This document shows, piece by piece, positions 59,724 to 64,000 of a DNA stretch of 64,000 nt. The DNA lies in assembly GCA_043824495.1 (NCBI GenBank), contig JBDRSV010000024.1, positions 64,001 through 128,000 on the forward strand, in the 5' to 3' direction. Position numbers and translations under genes: made by a program. The stretch is from Candidatus Aenigmatarchaeota archaeon (GTDB lineage Archaea > Aenigmatarchaeota > Aenigmatarchaeia > QMZP01). Position 1 is the first letter of the stretch. The number at the start of each line of letters is the position of its first letter. Below the pieces are notes generated by a model that made no database searches, was not told the origin of the DNA, and saw only the letters and a list, made by a program, of their open reading frames with translations.

Positions 59724-59812
59724 AGTTGTAGTAGAACCATAACCCATTCACGACCTTTTGTCGACCCTGTCTGATATCAGTTCAGGGAAGAATCTAAAGG
59801 AAGGAGAATTCA

Positions 59813-61804
59813 ATGCATTCACTCCAAGAAGTAAAAGAACACATCAAGACAACGATGTGCAAAGCGGTTCAAGTGAATCGCTGGATGATGTGGATCGCGC
59901 TCGTCGTCATATGTATTGTGGCGATTGAGTTGTTCGTTTGGTTGCCTTCACTGCCAGAAGAGGCGCAAGACGTCCTTTCCCCATTCATAGAAGGTGGAAA
60001 CAGGAATGCAGGCACGTTATTACTCCACTTCTTCTGTTTCATGGGTGCATTGGTGTCTATCTTCTTCAAAATCTTCGGTCCGATCACAAGATCTTATGAT
60101 AATACACTTTTCTGGGAACTCCATCTGGGTGGAACAAAAAGGATCGGATTCCGCCTGGGTGACTGGCCTACTGGTGTGTTCATTGAAGCGGCAGACGTTC
60201 TCAGTGATTTACCAGCGAATGTCAGGAAAAGAATTCCGTGCACCCAGTATGCTGTTTCTCGAATTAAAAGCGTAACGGAATTCGACGACAGCGGTAGAGC
60301 CATCGTCCCACGGGATGAGAGTGTGTCTTCTGTGAGATTCGCCACAGTGGATGATGGTCGACCGGGAACGCTCGACTTGGATAGGGTGTTCTCCTGGGCG
60401 CATAAGTACATCCGAGGCTATTATATCTGCCTGGCCTTTACATGTCTGTTCCTGGCTTGGCCGGTGATAACCGGCTACTCGATCGCGAGCTTCATGCACG
60501 ACCTCCCGGTCCAGATCCACGACATCGCTGTTGACCCATCTCAGAATTCGACGAAAGTAATCGTCAGTTCTGATCGCAATGTCCGGTATGACTCAAGAAT
60601 CGAGGTTGCAGATGACTGTGTCTGCTCCCGATTCATTCTGAACATATACCCGGCAAAGTGTGATTTCCTGGAGGAGATCTTTGCCAGTGACTATGTAATG
60701 AGAGGGTATTATGGGGCTCGAACCAACACCGGGCAGCTCTCCGAAGCAACTGGATGGAATGGTGTCAGGCAAATCAACATCAGACAAGTTGGTGACACCA
60801 TCAAGATTGTACTCGGCCTGAAAGATATGGTTGAGTACGCAATGAGTCGCTCGTCAGAGCACGGCACAAAGGATCTGGTCGTTGGTCTGGACACGCCAGT
60901 CGAGTCCAAACAGACATCGGGCGAATATTGGACCGCGAACAAGTTCGCAGATCAGTACGAAGTTCCTGACAACAATGCCCGTCGCGAGTCATCGTGTGGT
61001 GAATGGAAGTCGTTCGTCAGATTTGTATCTGCGGATAGTAACAACGTATACTTCTCTGCCAGATACGGTGGAGTGTACAGAGTGGATATGAATGGATGGA
61101 TTGACACGATCGTCCCAAACAACGAGGTTGATTACTACCACACGCCAGTGAGTAGCGGTAATAAACTCGCTGGCATCCATGATGGGAATGATCTCTGTAT
61201 TGTGGATATGGATACCAGAAAGGTCAAGAACGTCACCCATGGACAAATATGGGACGTCGATTGGGTCTCGGACACCGGACTCGTGTTCTGGAGAGATCTT
61301 GATGGTGTCTGTTACTACTCCCTCTCTGCGGACTCGTCTTGGTCTTTGAACAAAAAGGCCAAATTCCCATCTGTGTGTGGGGATAAGATATTCTACCTCA
61401 CACACTTACGCACCCATCGGGATGAGTGGGATTCCACACTAATCTGGGAGATGAGCCTTGACGGGTCTTCCAGAACCGTAGCTAGGTTGAAGGGAGGCTA
61501 CTCACACCTGAGTATGTCTTCGGACTGCTCAATTGCAGTTCTGAAAGAGCCGTATAGTTCTGACCGCACGTGGGTCAATAGAATCAAAACATTCTCCTTC
61601 AACGACTGCATTATGACAACACTGACGGAGTGTGGTGAGTCTCCAAGGATCACTACAGACAATCGAATTGTTTATGTCAAGTTGTATCCTGTGGAGGGGC
61701 GTGGGGATTTCAACTCGAACTCAGAAGTCCGGATCATGGATCTGGACGGCAGAAACGACACCTTGATTGTCAACAGAGAGGAACTCCGGAAGTTTCCGAT
61801 GTAA
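59813..61804 (+). CDS. Membrane protein with extracellular domain and C-terminal TolB-like beta-propeller
   Basis: Three TM segments; C-terminal WD/TolB-like repeats (SPRITTDNRIVYVK...EVRIMDLDG). Confidence 0.65.
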   Translation: MHSLQEVKEHIKTTMCKAVQVNRWMMWIALVVICIVAIELFVWLPSLPEEAQDVLSPFIEGGNRNAGTLLLHFFCFMGALVSIFFKIFGPITRSYDNTLFWELHLGGTKRIGFRLGDWPTGVFIEAADVLSDLPANVRKRIPCTQYAVSRIKSVTEFDDSGRAIVPRDESVSSVRFATVDDGRPGTLDLDRVFSWAHKYIRGYYICLAFTCLFLAWPVITGYSIASFMHDLPVQIHDIAVDPSQNSTKVIVSSDRNVRYDSRIEVADDCVCSRFILNIYPAKCDFLEEIFASDYVMRGYYGARTNTGQLSEATGWNGVRQINIRQVGDTIKIVLGLKDMVEYAMSRSSEHGTKDLVVGLDTPVESKQTSGEYWTANKFADQYEVPDNNARRESSCGEWKSFVRFVSADSNNVYFSARYGGVYRVDMNGWIDTIVPNNEVDYYHTPVSSGNKLAGIHDGNDLCIVDMDTRKVKNVTHGQIWDVDWVSDTGLVFWRDLDGVCYYSLSADSSWSLNKKAKFPSVCGDKIFYLTHLRTHRDEWDSTLIWEMSLDGSSRTVARLKGGYSHLSMSSDCSIAVLKEPYSSDRTWVNRIKTFSFNDCIMTTLTECGESPRITTDNRIVYVKLYPVEGRGDFNSNSEVRIMDLDGRNDTLIVNREELRKFPM

Positions 61805-61823
61805 GCGTGTAGTTATCATTCAC

Positions 61824-61853
61824 ACCCCGCCTGGATTCAATTCCAGGCGGGGT
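61824..61853 (+). other. Perfect 12-bp intergenic hairpin with TTCAAT loop
   Basis: accccgcctgga-ttcaat-tccaggcggggt; no U-tract follows. Confidence 0.8.
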
Positions 61854-61885
61854 TGATCATGAAATAAAGAGAAGGGGAGTGTACC

Positions 61886-62890
61886 ATGATAAAAATGTTT
61901 GGTAAACTGCTCTGCGGAGTTGCCATGGTTGTAGGCGGGTTGATCGCAGTGCTAGCGACGATCACTTTCTTCGCAGTCATTGGGAACATGGTAATCGATA
62001 CTTACAAAATTGGCATGCATTTCTCTCCGTTGTTACCGACAGCCTTCATCAGCCTTTGGGTCGCCGCCGTCATGCTTTGGATTACCACCCTCGGCGCGAA
62101 AGGCCTCGGATGGTCGGTATCATGCCATTTGAAATTCAACATCGGTTACGGTTCCATGCTGCTGGGAATCGTCGGCGTAATTGTGATCCTGGGATACTAC
62201 ACATATCTCTTCACCTTTGCTGACATCCCAGGACAACTGGTTGTCCTCAGTATTGACGGTATGGAGACGTTCAGTCGGGTGGAAGTTCGTCTCATGAAAA
62301 TCATGGATTTGGTGCCTCTACTATTCGCATCCATTTGCACCGGATTCACCGGACTGGCTCTCTGGTGGGGACGAATACAATCAATCCGGTTTCCGTTCTC
62401 CCGTTGGTTCGGAATCGCTGTCGCGATGATTCTTGTTATTGTCATGGCAGTGCCTGTTCTTGGTCAGGCCGATTCCACAGGCTTCACTGAGGCCAAGACC
62501 CATCTTTGTGGGATGCAGATGAATTATGCTGAATATTTCGGTGAGTTGTTCGCGGCGCGTTTCGCATCCCGGGAACTTGATATCAATATCTTCGATGCCG
62601 ATGAAGAGTGGATGTGGAGAATGGTTGATTCAACATTCTACCGAAGGGATACACTCTTTGCTGTCAGAGACGGGTTCTCGTCGGTATTTAATATGGCCGA
62701 AGAGAAGGCCGAGCTTGTGGCCGCGACTGATCTGGCGAGAATTGTCGGGAAAATCAGGGGAATCCCGGAAGGTGAACGCGTTCCTTTAAGGTATTGTTTC
62801 CGTGGGGGACAGTTCATCAAGAAAGATACAAACAGAGGTTACCATGCGGTTGTAGTGCAGATTCTTCCGCTGTCTGAGAATCTGGAGTGA
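61886..62890 (+). CDS. Multi-pass membrane hypothetical protein with soluble C-terminal domain
   Basis: About five TM helices; SD gaagggga. Confidence 0.7.
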   Translation: MIKMFGKLLCGVAMVVGGLIAVLATITFFAVIGNMVIDTYKIGMHFSPLLPTAFISLWVAAVMLWITTLGAKGLGWSVSCHLKFNIGYGSMLLGIVGVIVILGYYTYLFTFADIPGQLVVLSIDGMETFSRVEVRLMKIMDLVPLLFASICTGFTGLALWWGRIQSIRFPFSRWFGIAVAMILVIVMAVPVLGQADSTGFTEAKTHLCGMQMNYAEYFGELFAARFASRELDINIFDADEEWMWRMVDSTFYRRDTLFAVRDGFSSVFNMAEEKAELVAATDLARIVGKIRGIPEGERVPLRYCFRGGQFIKKDTNRGYHAVVVQILPLSENLE

Positions 62891-62931
62891 AACCAACATT
62901 ATCCTTTCAACATTTGATGGAGGACGGGTCA

Positions 62932-63277
62932 TGAAACTAGTCTTAAATCGTAGGCATCTTATAGATCCCGCCAGTGTCATTGGGCCACGCGTGAACTGGT
63001 TGTTCTCCTGAATGGCCAAGAGGTTCAGGTGCGTCCTATCGACCAGACGATAATTCTGATCGGACGCGATCCGGAATGTGACGTAATACTCGATAATCGC
63101 GCCGTCGACTTCTTCCATGCTCACATTGATTTCGGCGAGAATTTTGTAGTAATTGACAACGTGTCACTCAACGGCACGTTTGTCAACGGAGAAAAGGTCG
63201 AGAAAGCGGTTCTCCGTCCTGGTGATGTGATCACAATAGCCAGGTATGAGATTCACATCCGGTCCCTCCGGAAGTAG
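62932..63277 (+). pseudogene. FHA-domain protein, apparently frameshifted near its 5' end
   Basis: LIGRDPECD...VDFFHAHI...DNVSLNGTFVNG...LRPGDVITI; the SD-preceded ATG 62932 is in a different frame that stops at about 63012. Confidence 0.6.
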
Positions 63278-63301
63278 ACGACGCGATGGTAGTCTTGTTC
63301 C

Positions 63302-63363
63302 AATTCCGTACAGGTGTTTACAAAATCTGTGCGGGATTTGTATTGTCTAATTAAAGGGATATA
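63302..63363 (+). repeat. Island-end composite signal, copy 5: hairpin 63302-63338 plus motif 63343-63363
   Basis: 12-bp stem fully paired only when two G-T pairs are allowed on +; the 21-mer is identical to copy 1. Confidence 0.9.
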
Positions 63364-63445
63364 AGAGTTAAGGCTTTGCACAAAAACTCTGTTTTACACA
63401 AAAACTGTGCTTAGCCTAAAAAATTCAAGAAAAAGGAGGTGAAGC

Positions 63446-63664
63446 GTGAAAAAGGTTAAAAGTTGGAAATCTAAAGATAATAATATGATGATTACTCCAA
63501 GATTAGTGTTAATGTTCATTTTTGGACTTATTGCTATTTATGGTCTTTTTGCTGCTCTTAGTCCAGAAAGGTATATAATTCCTCTAGTTTCAGGTGAATT
63601 TGCACAAATTATTGGGTTTATTATATTTATCATAGCAGGTTATTTTTTTGTTAGGTTTAGATAA
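63446..63664 (+). CDS. Small two-TM membrane protein (host-like composition)
   Basis: GTG start after SD aggaggtga. Confidence 0.55.
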   Translation: MKKVKSWKSKDNNMMITPRLVLMFIFGLIAIYGLFAALSPERYIIPLVSGEFAQIIGFIIFIIAGYFFVRFR

Positions 63665-63929
63665 TATGGACAAAATACAACTTAAAAAGAATAAGATAGA
63701 TCTGGAAGCTAGATATATAATGCAAGAAAGAAATGCTATTTTATTGGCCCTCCCTGCTTTACCATTAACTTCTTTTAACTTGGGTTTGTTTGTAGGTCAA
63801 CTTGATCCATTAGTCTCTGCATTCATTGCTTTGGTTGTTTTTGAATATCTTTATTTTATTAAGCTTCATTTTGATCGAAAATTAAAGGATAAAATAAAAG
63901 AAATTGATGATCTGATGAGAATTACCTAA
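63648..63929 (+). CDS. Small membrane protein (host-like composition)
   Basis: Hydrophobic; overlaps the previous gene. Confidence 0.55.
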   Translation: MLGLDNMDKIQLKKNKIDLEARYIMQERNAILLALPALPLTSFNLGLFVGQLDPLVSAFIALVVFEYLYFIKLHFDRKLKDKIKEIDDLMRIT

Positions 63930-64000
63930 GGCGAATTCTGACCAAAAACCCTTGCATTGATTTATATTCCTTTCCAACTAATTCTTTCCTATGACAAAAC

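Larger units (their letters stand above)
54400..63342 (+). mobile_element. Foreign island 5: co-oriented array of orphan genes separated by repeated hairpin elements
   Basis: GC shift, all genes on +, strong SD sites, right end is a hairpin plus the 21-bp motif; left boundary approximate. Confidence 0.7.

Noticed and set aside
30065-63363. 21-bp motif as a CRISPR repeat
   Set aside because: Spacing is kilobases and irregular, copies occur in both orientations, and there are no cas genes in the window.

Overview
Chromosomal DNA of an AT-rich archaeon. Evidence: Topo VI A/B, archaeal-type ribosomal proteins including S4e and L30e, the RNase P protein Rpp29, class III signal-peptide pilin-like genes, and a tRNA-Gln with two bulge-helix-bulge introns. 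A DPANN-type lineage is my inference only. The backbone carries a heavily rearranged ribosomal-protein superoperon plus topA, corA, rsmA, argS and two HerA-like ATPases. Five GC-richer, foreign-looking islands are inserted into it (about 26.1-30.1, 42.3-44.2, 44.7-47.2, 47.3-50.8 and 54.4-63.3 kb). The main observation is that every island ends, at the end its genes are transcribed toward, in the same composite signal: a hairpin of unrelated sequence, a 4-7 nt gap, then a conserved 21-bp motif TTGTCTAATTAAAGGGATATA, after which host-like AT-rich DNA resumes. Three islands and an InsA-like Zn-ribbon/HTH gene form a tandem motif-cassette array at 42.3-50.8 kb. One island (about 3.6 kb) has no long ORF but is densely base-paired and has a candidate archaeal TATA box at its other end, so it may be a giant structured RNA. 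The largest island is an array of orphan genes separated by repeated, covarying hairpin and leader elements. No integrase, reverse transcriptase or cas1 is visible in the window, so the mechanism is a hypothesis. GC figures quoted are hand counts of single 60-nt lines. No database searches were run.
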